64,000 nucleotides of DNA from an uncultured Rivularia sp. (GTDB lineage Bacteria; Cyanobacteriota; Cyanobacteriia; Cyanobacteriales; Nostocaceae): assembly GCA_963665115.1 (NCBI GenBank), contig OY762007.1, positions 4,352,001-4,416,000 on the forward strand, read 5' to 3'. The notes under the pieces are model-generated. The model was not told where the DNA came from. It did no database searches and saw nothing but the letters and a program-made list of their open reading frames with translations. The position numbers and the translations under genes are program-made. This document shows, piece by piece, positions 19,743 to 30,402 of the stretch. Positions within the stretch are counted from its first letter, which is position 1. The number at the start of each line of letters is the position of its first letter.

Positions 19743-22103
19743 ATGTATACTGAAGAAATTAGAATTCGCGGTACAGTTCAAGGAGTCGGTTTTCGTCCTA
19801 CAGTTTACCGTATTGCTAAAGATTTAAAATTAAACGGTGATGTTTGTAATGACGGTGAAGGTGTATTAATAAGAGTATGTGGTAATAAGGAATCTATAGA
19901 CGAATTTATCAAAAAAATACAGCAACAATCTCCTCGTTTAGCAAATATAAATCGATTAACGCGAACTCATTTTCAACAAGAATTAGTATTTAATGATTTC
20001 GTAATTTCTGATAGTATTGATACCGCAATAAAAACACAAATTGTCCCCGATGCTGCTACTTGTGAGGATTGCAAACAAGAAGTTTTCGACCCTTTAAGTC
20101 GTTATTATCGCTACCCTTTTACAAACTGCACTCATTGCGGTCCCCGACTTAGTATCATTAACGCTATTCCTTACGACCGTCATAACACCAGCATGAGGAT
20201 GTTTGCAATGTGTCCGCAATGCAGCGAGGAATACGCAGACATAGAAAATCGTCGCTTTCACGCACAACCAGTAGCTTGCTATACTTGCGGTCCTCAAGCA
20301 TGGTTAGAGCGTGCTGATGGAAAACCCATTACAGCTGCGATGTTTTCGATGTTAGATGATGTCGATGCTGTCTGTACTTTATTACAAAAAGGTGAAATAG
20401 TAGCAATTAAAGGTTTAGGTGGATTCCATCTTGCTTGCGATGCTACCAATCATCAAGCTGTAGAAAAACTTCGTCAAAGGAAGCAGCGTGACGATAAACC
20501 CTTCGCCTTGATGGCAAGAGATATAGAAATAATCGAAAAATACTGCAAACCAACACCCAAAGAAAAAGAACTACTCGAAAGCGCGATCGCACCAATTGTC
20601 TTAATTAATTCCCCCTCTCCCCCTCTTTCCCCCTCAATCGCACCAAGACAAAACACTTTAGGGTTCATGCTACCTTATACACCTTTGCATCACTTAATTC
20701 TCAGGAGAATGAATCGTCCAATTGTGTTAACTAGCGGTAATATTTCCGACGAGCCGCAATGTATTGATAATAATGAAGCACGAGAAAAATTAAGCAAAAT
20801 CGCTGATTATTTTCTGTTTCATAATAGAGACATTATTAACCAAGTTGATGATTCGGTGGTAAGAGTTGTAGGAGAGAAATTACAAATTATTCGCAGGGCT
20901 AGAGGATACGCACCAGCACCAATTAATTTACCATTAGGCTTTGAAAATATTCCGCAAATTTTAGCAATGGGTAGCGAGTTAAAAAATACCTTTTGTTTAT
21001 TGCGAGATGGAAAAGCAATTTTATCTCAACACTTAGGAGATTTAGCAAGCTCTACAGTTTTTGAAAACTATCAAGATACGCTTAATTTATATTTAAATTT
21101 ATTTGAACATCAACCGGAAGCTATCGCTGTAGATAAACATCCGGAATATTTATCAACCAAATTGGGTAAAGAATTAGCAGTTGCAAATCAAATAAAACTC
21201 TATAATATTCAACATCACCACGCCCATATAGCAGCCTGTATGTTAGAAAACAGCTTACCTTTAGACTCTGCGCCTGTTTTAGGTATTGGATTAGACGGCT
21301 TGGGTTACGGTGAAGATAATACCCTGTGGGGAGGAGAATTTTTATTAGCTGATTATCATAACTTTACCAGATTAGCTACATTTAAACCCGTTCCTTTAAT
21401 AGGAAGCGAACAAGCTACTAATCAACCTTGGCGTAATACCTACGCGCAATTGAGTTCGGCATTTGATTGGTTAGATATAAAACAAAAATATGGCAACTTA
21501 GAAATAGTAAAATACCTAGAGCAAAAACCACTTCAGCTTCTGAAAGAATTAAAAGAAAAATCATTAAATACACCCTTAACATCATCCACGGGAAGATTGT
21601 TTGATGCAGTAGCAGCAGCCATCGGAATTTGCCGAGAACAATGTAGCTACGAAGGACAAGCAGCAATAGAAATGGAAGCATTAATAGATGAAAAGCTATT
21701 AAATCAACGTAAAGAAACGCTAACTTATCCATTTAAACTTAACTTTTTAGATAGCATTCATTATATAGACCCACATCCCATGTGGAAAGCACTCCTTAAA
21801 GATTTACAGCAACAAACCTCTAAAAAAATCATCGCTGAAAAATTTCATGTAGGATTAGCGATCGCCATTGTCGAAACAGTAAATACTCTCCGTAAAAAAC
21901 ACTCAATCAAGCAAGTAGCCCTCACCGGAGGAGTATTTCAAAATCGTATTTTGCTAACACAAGTAACCAACCGCTTGCAAGCATCCGGAATCAAAGTACT
22001 CACCCACAGCTTAGTTCCCTGCAACGACGGCGGATTATCACTAGGGCAAGCCGTAATTGCAGCAGCGAGATGGGGAGAAGGGAAGAGGGGGAAGAGGGGG
22101 TAG
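19743..22103 (+). CDS. hypF: Carbamoyltransferase HypF
   Basis: GTVQGVGFRP, two Zn fingers, KGLGGFHLACDA, QHHHAH, PCNDGGLSLGQ. Likely start MYTEEI at 19743. Confidence 0.97.
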   Translation: MYTEEIRIRGTVQGVGFRPTVYRIAKDLKLNGDVCNDGEGVLIRVCGNKESIDEFIKKIQQQSPRLANINRLTRTHFQQELVFNDFVISDSIDTAIKTQIVPDAATCEDCKQEVFDPLSRYYRYPFTNCTHCGPRLSIINAIPYDRHNTSMRMFAMCPQCSEEYADIENRRFHAQPVACYTCGPQAWLERADGKPITAAMFSMLDDVDAVCTLLQKGEIVAIKGLGGFHLACDATNHQAVEKLRQRKQRDDKPFALMARDIEIIEKYCKPTPKEKELLESAIAPIVLINSPSPPLSPSIAPRQNTLGFMLPYTPLHHLILRRMNRPIVLTSGNISDEPQCIDNNEAREKLSKIADYFLFHNRDIINQVDDSVVRVVGEKLQIIRRARGYAPAPINLPLGFENIPQILAMGSELKNTFCLLRDGKAILSQHLGDLASSTVFENYQDTLNLYLNLFEHQPEAIAVDKHPEYLSTKLGKELAVANQIKLYNIQHHHAHIAACMLENSLPLDSAPVLGIGLDGLGYGEDNTLWGGEFLLADYHNFTRLATFKPVPLIGSEQATNQPWRNTYAQLSSAFDWLDIKQKYGNLEIVKYLEQKPLQLLKELKEKSLNTPLTSSTGRLFDAVAAAIGICREQCSYEGQAAIEMEALIDEKLLNQRKETLTYPFKLNFLDSIHYIDPHPMWKALLKDLQQQTSKKIIAEKFHVGLAIAIVETVNTLRKKHSIKQVALTGGVFQNRILLTQVTNRLQASGIKVLTHSLVPCNDGGLSLGQAVIAAARWGEGKRGKRG

Positions 22104-22259
22104 AGGGGGTAGAGGGGGTAGAAAAAATCATTTTGTAGTGGGGGCATCTTGCTCCCTAGCTGCTCTCAATACCCAATACCCAATCCCCCATGCCCGATGC
22201 CCAATGCCCCATTCCCAATTAACAATTACCAATTACCAATTACCAATTACCAATAAAAT

Positions 22260-22514
22260 ATGTGTCTAGGAATACCAGGAAAAATAATAGAAATAAACGA
22301 CGTAACAAACAAACTTGCAACAGTTGAAGTTAGCGGAGTAAAACGTCAAGTTAACATTGCCTGCATCGTAGACGAACAACATCCCCCCGAATCATGCATT
22401 GGAGATTGGGTATTAGTTCACGTTGGTTTTGCAATGAATCGAATTAACGAAAAAGACGCAAAAGAAACGCTACAGCTACTTCAAGAAATAGCCGAATTAA
22501 TGGTTGATTACTAA
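22260..22514 (+). CDS. hypC: Hydrogenase maturation chaperone HypC
   Basis: MCLGIPG and GDWVLVHVGFA. Confidence 0.97.
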   Translation: MCLGIPGKIIEINDVTNKLATVEVSGVKRQVNIACIVDEQHPPESCIGDWVLVHVGFAMNRINEKDAKETLQLLQEIAELMVDY

Positions 22515-22600
22515 GCTTAAAGGTCAAAGGTCAAAAGTCAAAGGTTAAAGATTATAATTCTCCTTGTCTCCCCAATTACCAATTACCAATTACCCCTGCG

Positions 22601-23701
22601 ATGAAATACGTAGACGAATTCCGAGACATTTACAAAGCCGAAGCCTTAGAATGGCAAATTCAAAAGTTAGGAAACTTACTTAAAAAACCCGTCAAAATCA
22701 TGGAAGTTTGCGGGGGACATACGCATTCAATTTTCAAATATGGCATTGAAGAACTTTTACCCTCTTCAGTTGAATTGATACATGGTCCCGGTTGTCCTGT
22801 ATGCGTAATGCCAAAAGGTAGAATAGATGATGCTATTTATATTGCCCAGAATCCAAACGTCATTTTAACAACTTTTGGCGATACAATGCGGGTTCCTGGT
22901 TCAAAATTCAGCTTGCTGCAAGCCAGAGCAAGTGGTGCTGATATTCGCATGGTTTATTCGCCATTAGATTGTTTGCAAATTGCCAAAAATAACCCCGAAA
23001 AAGAAGTTGTATTCTTTGCAATTGGCTTTGAAACCACCGCACCAAGTACGGCTTTTACAATATTGCAAGCAGCGGCAGAAAACATTAATAATTTTAGTAT
23101 GTTTTGCAATCACGTCTTAGTGATTCCGGCATTAAAAGCATTATTAGATAATCCTGACTTGCAGTTAGATGGTTTTGTAGGACCAGGTCATGTCAGTATG
23201 GTAATTGGGACAAATCCTTATGAGTTTATTTCCCAAGAATATAAAAAACCAATCGTGATTTCCGGCTTTGAACCTTTAGATATTTTACAATCGATTTGGA
23301 TGCTATTGTGGCAACTTGTAGAAAATCGCTGCGAAGTTGAAAATCAATATAGCCGTTTAGTTGAAACAGAAGGAAATCAACAAGCAATCGAAGCTATAAA
23401 TAAAGTATTTGAAGTAAGAAAAACTTTTGAATGGAGAGGTTTAGACGAAATACCATACTCCGGCTTAAAAATTAGTTCCGAATATGCCAAATTCGACGCT
23501 GAAACAAAATTTACCATTCCCAATCTTAAAATATCCGATCATAAAGCCTGTCAATGTGGAGAAATCCTCAAAGGAGTTTTAAAACCTTGGGAATGCAAAG
23601 TATTTGGAACAGCTTGCACCCCAGAAAAACCAATTGGTTCCTGTATGGTTTCTTCCGAAGGTGCCTGTGCAGCTTATTACAAATACGGTAAAAATCAGTG
23701 A
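22601..23701 (+). CDS. hypD: Hydrogenase maturation protein HypD
   Basis: MEVCGGHTH, GPGCPVC, GFETT, PGHVS, CMVSSEGACAA. Confidence 0.97.
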   Translation: MKYVDEFRDIYKAEALEWQIQKLGNLLKKPVKIMEVCGGHTHSIFKYGIEELLPSSVELIHGPGCPVCVMPKGRIDDAIYIAQNPNVILTTFGDTMRVPGSKFSLLQARASGADIRMVYSPLDCLQIAKNNPEKEVVFFAIGFETTAPSTAFTILQAAAENINNFSMFCNHVLVIPALKALLDNPDLQLDGFVGPGHVSMVIGTNPYEFISQEYKKPIVISGFEPLDILQSIWMLLWQLVENRCEVENQYSRLVETEGNQQAIEAINKVFEVRKTFEWRGLDEIPYSGLKISSEYAKFDAETKFTIPNLKISDHKACQCGEILKGVLKPWECKVFGTACTPEKPIGSCMVSSEGACAAYYKYGKNQ

Positions 23702-23768
23702 ACAGTGAGCAGTGAACAGTGAACAGTTATCATTCATTCACCTTTGACCTTTAACCTTTAACCTAATT

Positions 23769-23984
23769 ATGCCATTCATTACTATTCAAATTGCAAAAGG
23801 ACATTCCATCGAAAAGAAACGAGAATTAGCCAAAGCTATTACCGAGGCAATGGTTTCTACAATGGGTACAAAACCCGAATGGGTAACGATTCATATCGAT
23901 GAATTTGAACGCGATAATTGGTCAGTTGGAGGTACTTTACATTCCGATAAACATAAAGGAAGACACGTAGAGAAAGGTGTGTAA
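23769..23984 (+). CDS. 4-oxalocrotonate tautomerase family protein
   Basis: N-terminal catalytic Pro (MPFITIQI), 71 aa, WSVGG; located between hypD and hypE. Confidence 0.9.
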   Translation: MPFITIQIAKGHSIEKKRELAKAITEAMVSTMGTKPEWVTIHIDEFERDNWSVGGTLHSDKHKGRHVEKGV

Positions 23985-24102
23985 TAAACAATTTATTACT
24001 AATGTAGAGACGGCGTAGACAGTGCAACGTCTCCCTCCCTATGTTTAAATTTATATCAATAATTTTGTATAGCAAATATTTATAACTTATCAAATATAAA
24101 AA

Positions 24103-25194
24103 ATGCCAACCTCTCCACAAAACAAATTTTTTAAAAATCTCGAAAAAAACCGGCAACGAAAAGCCAAAGTAACAGATACTCATATCACACTGGCGCATGG
24201 TAGCGGTGGAAAAGCCATGCGGGATTTGATTGATGATATTTTTGTTACTACTTTTAATAATCCCACTTTATCTCAATTAGAAGATCAAGCAAAATTTTAT
24301 TTAGCAACCTTGATGCAGCTTGGAGATAAATTAGCTTTTACAACTGATTCTTATGTTGTAGATCCTTTATTTTTTCCCGGCAGCAACATTGGTGAATTAG
24401 CTATTAATGGTACTGTCAATGACTTAGCCGTTGGTGGTGCTAAACCTTTATATTTAACCTGTAGCGTAATTTTAGAAGAAGGTTTATCTGTTGAAACATT
24501 GCGGCAAGTTGCTCAAAGTATGCAAGCAGCAGCACAAAAAGCAAACGTACAAATTGTCACTGGAGATACAAAAGTTGTTCAACGAGGTGCTGTAGATAAA
24601 CTGTTTATCAACACAACTGGAATTGGCGTTATTCGTTCTAATATTTGTATCTCTGTTAGCAATATAAAACCCGGAGATGCGATAATTATTAATGGTGAAA
24701 TAGGAAATCATGGTACGGCAATTTTAATTGCTCGTGGGGAATTAGCGTTAGAATCCGAGATTAAAAGCGATTGTCAGCCATTGCACGATTTAGTTGCAAA
24801 AATACTCGATGTTTGTCCCCATATTCATGCAATGCGAGATGCAACCAGAGGTGGTTTAGCTACTGTTTTAAATGAATTTGCCTTAACTTCAAATGTAGGA
24901 ATCCGTCTTAAAGAAGAATCGATTCCCATTCGCGAAGAAGTCAAAGGAGTTTGCGAAATCTTAGGTTTAGAACCATATTATTTAGCAAACGAAGGTAAAT
25001 TAGTAGTAGTTTTAGCCAGCGAAAATGCATCCAAAGTATTATCAGCAATGAAATCGCATCCAGCAGGAAAAAATGCTGCAATTATCGGAGAAGTAACCGA
25101 CTCACCTCAAGGAATAGTATCTTTAAAAACCGGCTTCGGTGCCGAAAGAATAATTGATATGTTAGTTGGCGAGCAATTACCAAGAATTTGCTAA
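24103..25194 (+). CDS. hypE: Hydrogenase maturation protein HypE
   Basis: HGSGG, TTDSYVV, GDTKVV, MRDATRGG and C-terminal PRIC. Confidence 0.97.
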   Translation: MPTSPQNKFFKNLEKNRQRKAKVTDTHITLAHGSGGKAMRDLIDDIFVTTFNNPTLSQLEDQAKFYLATLMQLGDKLAFTTDSYVVDPLFFPGSNIGELAINGTVNDLAVGGAKPLYLTCSVILEEGLSVETLRQVAQSMQAAAQKANVQIVTGDTKVVQRGAVDKLFINTTGIGVIRSNICISVSNIKPGDAIIINGEIGNHGTAILIARGELALESEIKSDCQPLHDLVAKILDVCPHIHAMRDATRGGLATVLNEFALTSNVGIRLKEESIPIREEVKGVCEILGLEPYYLANEGKLVVVLASENASKVLSAMKSHPAGKNAAIIGEVTDSPQGIVSLKTGFGAERIIDMLVGEQLPRIC

Positions 25195-25269
25195 TAAATT
25201 GGGGATTGGGCATTGGGCATTGGTAATTGGGCATGGGTAGTGCAATTTTGTAGTGCGGGCATCTTGCCC

Positions 25270-25612
25270 GCTATTAAAACCAGGGAGTAAGATTTTCTGC
25301 TATTAAAACTAGGGAGTAAGATTTTCTGCTATTAAAACCAGGGAGTAAGATTTTCTGCTATTAAAACCAGGGAGTAAGATTTTCTGCTATTAAAACCAGG
25401 GAGTAAGATTTTCTGCTATTAAAACCAGGGAGTAAGATTTTCTGCTATTAAAACCAGGGAGTAAGATTTTCTGCTATTAAAACCAGGGAGTAAGATTTTC
25501 TGCTATTAAAACCAGGGAGTAAGATTTTCTGCTATTAAAACTAGGGAGTAAGATTTTCTGCTATTAAAACTAGGGAGCAAGATTTTCTGCTATTAAAACC
25601 AGGGAGCAAGAT
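25270..25612. repeat. Tandem array of a 29-bp unit (11 full + 1 partial) inside an inverted REP pair
   Basis: GCTATTAAAACCAGGGAGTAAGATTTTCT starts at 25270, 25299 ... 25589; REP palindromes at 25249-25272 and 25601-25624. Confidence 0.95.
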
Positions 25613-25679
25613 GCTCCCACTACAAATATTTTCGAGCATTGATAATTGATAATTGATAATTGTTCACTGGTAACTGAAA

Positions 25680-26021
25680 ATGCACGAACTTGGAGTTACT
25701 CAAAATATAGTATCAATTGTTGTCGAACACGCTGAAGGTAAAAAAGTCCAGCGAGTTTTGTTAGAAATTGGCAAATTATCGGCAATTATGCCGGATGCCG
25801 TAGAATTTTGTTTTGATATTTGTTCTCAAGGAACGGTTTTAGAAAAGGCAAAGTTAGAAATTATTGAAATTCCCGGTTTGGCTGTTTGTCGTCAATGCGG
25901 TACGAAAATTCCTTTGGAAAAACCTTTTGGAAAATGTAATTGTGGCAGTCAGCAGTTAGATTTAATCGCTGGGGAAGAATTGAAAATCAAGGAAATAGAA
26001 GTAGAAGAATTATGTGTGTAA
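25680..26021 (+). CDS. hypA: Nickel metallochaperone HypA
   Basis: MHE start; CRQC and CNCG. Confidence 0.96.
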   Translation: MHELGVTQNIVSIVVEHAEGKKVQRVLLEIGKLSAIMPDAVEFCFDICSQGTVLEKAKLEIIEIPGLAVCRQCGTKIPLEKPFGKCNCGSQQLDLIAGEELKIKEIEVEELCV

Positions 26022-26849
26022 CCTGCGGTTGTTCGGATGATAGCGCTAAAATTACTCATCCTCAAACGGGTGAAGTTGTAGCCGTTAATTCTCATAATGA
26101 TGGACATCATACTCATACCTTACCCGATGGTACGATAATCAATCATTCTCATAGCCACGAGAAGTTTAACGATGCATCAATTCACGCCAAAATACATAAT
26201 ACAACGATATCTTTAGAACAAAATATTTTAGCTAAAAATGATTTGATAGCAGCCCAAAATCGCGGATGGTTTAAGGGTAGAAATATTTTAGCTTTAAATT
26301 TGATGAGTTCTCCCGGCTCTGGAAAAACAACTTTATTAACTCGCACTATTAACGATTTAAAAAGTAAACTAACTATTAGTGTAATTGAAGGCGATCAAGA
26401 AACAATCAACGATGCCAAAAAAATAGAAGCAACTGGCTGTAAAGTTGTACAAATAAATACCGGAAACTGGCTGTCATCTCGATGCATTGATGGTAGAAAA
26501 AGGTTTACAACAGCTTAATCCCAGCATTGATTCGGTAGTAGCGATCGAAAATGTCGGAAATTTAGTTTGTCCGGCTTTATTTGATTTAGGAGAACAAGCA
26601 AAAGTGGTCATTCTTTCCGTTACCGAAGGAGAAGATAAACCAATCAAATATCCTCATATTTTCCGCGCTAGTAATGTAATGATAATTACGAAAATAGATT
26701 TATTACCTTACGTACAATTTGATGTAGAAAAATGTATCGAATATGCACGACAAGTTAATCCTGATATGCGGATTTTTCAAGTTTCCGCAGTCACGGAAGA
26801 TGGGTTAAAAGATTGGTATGAATGGTTAGAAATGCAAGTTAGAAGTTAA
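26012..26849 (+). CDS. hypB: Nickel GTPase HypB (extra A at ~26465)
   Basis: MCVTCGC, His-rich tract, SSPGSGKTT, ENVGNLVCP. Deleting one A in GGAAACTGGC restores NTGTGCHLDA. Confidence 0.93.
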
Positions 26850-26986
26850 TAATCAAGTTCGATAGTAAGCAACAATACTCGATTTACTAACTGCATCACT
26901 ACGCGGAATGAAACTAATAATATCGCCGCAAAAATCGCGAACAGTGGCATTAAAAAGTACCACGTACTAATACCTAATATTTCCAT
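26846..26986 (-). CDS. Candidate 46-aa single-TM peptide not in ORF track
   Basis: MEILGISTWYFLMPLFAIFAAILLVSFRVVMQLVNRVLLLTIELDY*; its stop overlaps the hypB stop. Confidence 0.4.
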   Translation of the reverse strand: MEILGISTWYFLMPLFAIFAAILLVSFRVVMQLVNRVLLLTIELDY

Positions 26987-27556
26987 AATTATTTATTGTC
27001 AATTCTGTTTGTCAAAATTTATCTTCTCAATCTAAGCTTAGATTAGATAATAAAAAGAGTTAAAAAGCTACAAAATAAATAATTTTATAGTTAGTTTATA
27101 CAATTATCTAAACTATTTATATTAAATTATCAGATAAATAGTTGTGTCCTGGTTATTTAAATACAGGTAAATAAACCCATCTTAAGTATTTTTTTGAATA
27201 ATACATACATAAATCTGTCACAATATTTCTACACAAACAACAGTCTTTTTACTTATTTAAAATATTTGGAATCAGATAATATAATTTGCTAAGTAGGTTG
27301 GGTTTGAAAATTTTAATGAAATAAGGGAGTAGGAATTGGGGAGTAGGCTATTAGTACTCCACCAGATCGGTGTTGCGAGTTAATCATATTAAAACATGAT
27401 GAAATAACAGCCCACACAAGTGGGCTTTGTTTGTGTAGCCGAGGCAGTACGAGCAACTGCCGTCTAGACTTCCAGTCTGAGGGTATTTTTATAATTCCCC
27501 AACAACTTGCAAAAAATGCTAAAACCGTGGTACCTTTTTACACCCTTTCCAGAAAT

Positions 27557-28705
27557 ATGGTTAGTCGCATCGGTTACTGGTTTGAATCTCGTTTTAGTGC
27601 CCCTGCATATGGTGGTTTGGTTTTAGCGGGAATTGCAATTTGCTTTTTTGGGGCAGCTATGAATACTATGGCTGGCTGGTTGTATGTTATCAGCGGGTTG
27701 AGTTTTGCTTTGCTGGGTTATTCTGCTGTTTTATCCCCCAAGTCTCTGGGGGGTTTGGTACTTAAACGAAAGAATATTCAACCAGTTACTGCTGGAGACG
27801 ATTTAACTGTTGAATTGGAAATTTTCAATCAAACCAAGAAGCCGGTTTCTTTATTACAAGTAGAAGATAAATTACCTTTCATTTTAGATAAACCACGCTT
27901 ACAGCCCATTGAAACTATCTCGCCACAAACAACTTATAACTGGGTATATTATCAGCCTACCGAACGTAGAGGTATTTACCGTTGGCAGAATGTAGAATTA
28001 GCTACCGCCGCACCTCTCGGATTATTTTGGAGTCGCCGTCAACGTCAACTAAGCGCGATCGCAATTGTTTATCCGAAAGTCTTGCCGCTCAAATCTTGTC
28101 CTTTAGTAGACGATATGGGCAAGGAAGATAGCAGCAAAGGACAACCTCGCGGCAATCCCTTACAGACTGCTAGTCAAGGATTGACACGTTCCCTACGTCC
28201 CTATCGGATGGGCGATCCGTTGCGGTTGATTCACTGGCGTAGTAGCGCCCGTTATGGAGATTTACGAGTACGTGAATTGGAAATGATTACCAGCGGACAG
28301 GAAATTATTATTGCTTTAGATAATGGTGAGTGGGAAGAAAACAACTTTGAGCAAGCAGTAATTGCCGCAGCTTCAATGTACTTTTATTCACAAAAAAATT
28401 ATATGCAGGTGCAGTTATGGACGGCTGCTACAGGATTAATTAACAAAAAAAGAGATGTTCTCGAAGCCTTAGCGGCAATTCATCCCCAAGATGAAGTAAT
28501 TAAACCGCAGCCTACCGACAAACCTTTGATTTGGCTAACTCAAAATCCATCAACCTTTGCTTCTCTTCCTTACAGCAGTCGTTGGATGTTGTGGCAAAAT
28601 ATTTCTGACTCGCAGCCACAATTTGTGATTAATAGAGATACACCAGGTATTGTTATCGACTCCGAACAAACTTTGCAACCCCAGATGCAAAAACCATTGA
28701 ATTGA
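27557..28705 (+). CDS. DUF58 (vWA-like, MoxR-associated) membrane protein
   Basis: Two N-terminal TM segments; LRPYRMGDPLRLIHWRSSAR. Start uncertain because the upstream extension runs through a REP-like repeat. Confidence 0.85.
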   Translation: MVSRIGYWFESRFSAPAYGGLVLAGIAICFFGAAMNTMAGWLYVISGLSFALLGYSAVLSPKSLGGLVLKRKNIQPVTAGDDLTVELEIFNQTKKPVSLLQVEDKLPFILDKPRLQPIETISPQTTYNWVYYQPTERRGIYRWQNVELATAAPLGLFWSRRQRQLSAIAIVYPKVLPLKSCPLVDDMGKEDSSKGQPRGNPLQTASQGLTRSLRPYRMGDPLRLIHWRSSARYGDLRVRELEMITSGQEIIIALDNGEWEENNFEQAVIAAASMYFYSQKNYMQVQLWTAATGLINKKRDVLEALAAIHPQDEVIKPQPTDKPLIWLTQNPSTFASLPYSSRWMLWQNISDSQPQFVINRDTPGIVIDSEQTLQPQMQKPLN

Positions 28706-28933
28706 CAAGAGCAAGGGGATAGGGATAGCGATATCTAAGAGGAGCATCCCAATTTTGAAAAATATATCGTAGTGGAAGCATCTTGCTCCTATATGTATCG
28801 AGCGAGCAAGATGCTCGCACTACGAAGTTGAAGATTCGCGATGCTTCCTATCTAAGTTTTATTTCCATAATCTACGGAGTTATGAACTACGTGTAGCCGT
28901 CTATGACTGAGCTACACGTTTCTGACGCTTCAT

Positions 28934-30194
28934 CTAAGCAACTTGCTTGAAGCTTCCGCACCAAGTAGAGGTTGACCCATCATCGTCTGTAGAGGCACGT
29001 TCCATACCCCTTGCGTAAGACAGCATTACCATTGCTGCGGCTACATCTCTACCACATCGATAGCTGCACTTCTCACAATGGTGTTCCCTTTGTGCTAACG
29101 TTTTCTTTTTCTGATGACCACAGTTAGGGCAAGTTTGGGAAGGTTTTACTTTCTTGGTTGGAACCTCAATATAAAATCCTCCGGCTTCGGTAACTTTATA
29201 TTTGATTAAATCCTTTAAGTTACCAATCCCAACGTCAAGAAGTGACCGATTTAAACCGGACTTTTGACGTTTATTTTTACCTTTTGACTTGCGAGTCATT
29301 CCTTTTAGGTTTAACTTTTCAGTCGCTACCAAGCTATTACAGCTAACTATTTGTGTAGAGACTTTGTGTTGCCAATCTTGTCTTTGACGAGCAACTTTTG
29401 AATGAATTTTGGCTATTGCTTTATTGACTTTCTTCCAACGTCGTGAAGCGCGGAATGCGCCCCGCTTTCCACTCTGAATGCATTCAGAGTGGGTCGGGGC
29501 TTTAACTTTTTTTCTAAAGTTAGGTGGACGTTTGCGGCGACTAGTTTTAGCAATTTTATTGAGTTTGGATTGAGCAGTCCTAACAAATCTAGGATTGTCT
29601 ACCACATCACCGCTAGAATCAGCGATTGCATGGTGAATACCAAAATCCAGTCCAATAGCGCCAGTATTGGTAGTTGGTCTAGTTGGAGCGCAATCAACGG
29701 TAATCGAGGCATACCATTTACCTTGTTTGAAAATAATTGTACAAGTTTTAGGTGTACCCCAATCACGCGCCTGACCGCGCATTTTAATATTACCTAAATT
29801 GCTAATTTTCAGATAACCATTTTTACCTTCAGTGCAAGCTTTCCAACCAGATTTACAAGGATAAGTCCACCCTTTATATCTGCGACTAGCTTTAAATTTT
29901 GGGTATCCAGATTTTAGTTTGAAAAACCGCTTAAAAGCAAAATAAACACGTTTTATTGTGTCTTGCAATGCATGGCTACCAAGTTCTTTATATTCTTCCC
30001 ATTCTTCTTTAAAGTCAGGTAAACAATTTTGTTGGTCATAATAACTAATTGATTTGCCAAACTTTTTATATGAAGTTTTGCGATGTTCTACGCAAGCGTT
30101 ATACAAATCTTTGTGTAATCTACGCTCTTTTGTGCATCTTATCGTTTTGAATTTTTGACGGGTAAAGTCTAAAAGTAATTCTTTTGGTAGCCAT
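28934..30194 (-). CDS. tnpB: RNA-guided endonuclease TnpB (extra A near 30128; 51-bp in-frame insertion)
   Basis: MATKRITFRLYP start at 30194; RuvC residues IGLDFG, VATEKL, RDVAAA; Zn finger CPNC...CEKC. Confidence 0.9.
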
Positions 30195-30243
30195 AACAAT
30201 CGACCTGTATGTTACTTTAATATAGTAGCATATTGGTAGCATT

Positions 30244-30402
30244 ATGGTAAAAAAGATGAAGCAAATTAGTATAAGAATTTCGGATAGAGAACAAGAACAT
30301 ATATCTAGATTTTGCGAGATAACGGAAAGAACACAATCCGATGTTATTCGTGAAATCATAAGAAAATTGTCAATCAAAGGGACATTGAATCCCCTTGATT
30401 GA
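30244..30402 (+). CDS. Ribbon-helix-helix (CopG-like) protein, 52 aa, not in ORF track
   Basis: MVKKMKQISIRISDREQEHISRFCEITERTQSDVIREIIRKLSIKGTLNPLD*: beta strand (ISIRI) plus two helices (QSDVIR). Confidence 0.8.
   Translation: MVKKMKQISIRISDREQEHISRFCEITERTQSDVIREIIRKLSIKGTLNPLD

Noticed and set aside
22057..22269. ORFs translated from STRR/REP tracts (also 31310..31544, 34269..34590, 53042..53429)
   Set aside because: The peptides (PMPNAQ, YQLPITN, PPLPPL) are by-products of heptamer and nonamer repeats.
25270..25612. CRISPR array
   Set aside because: The 29-bp units are directly adjacent with no unique spacers, and there are no cas genes in the window.
25940..26849. hypB as two genes or a programmed frameshift
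   Set aside because: A single extra A in a short run with no slippery heptamer, matching the window-wide +1 indel pattern.
27431..27556. N-terminal extension of the DUF58 protein
   Set aside because: TTG start lies within a REP-like repeat; the ATG at 27557 fits better.
30120..30377. 85-aa minus-strand ORF as a separate gene or tnpA
   Set aside because: Its 3' part is the true TnpB N-terminus and the rest is antisense to the RHH gene; no HUH motif.
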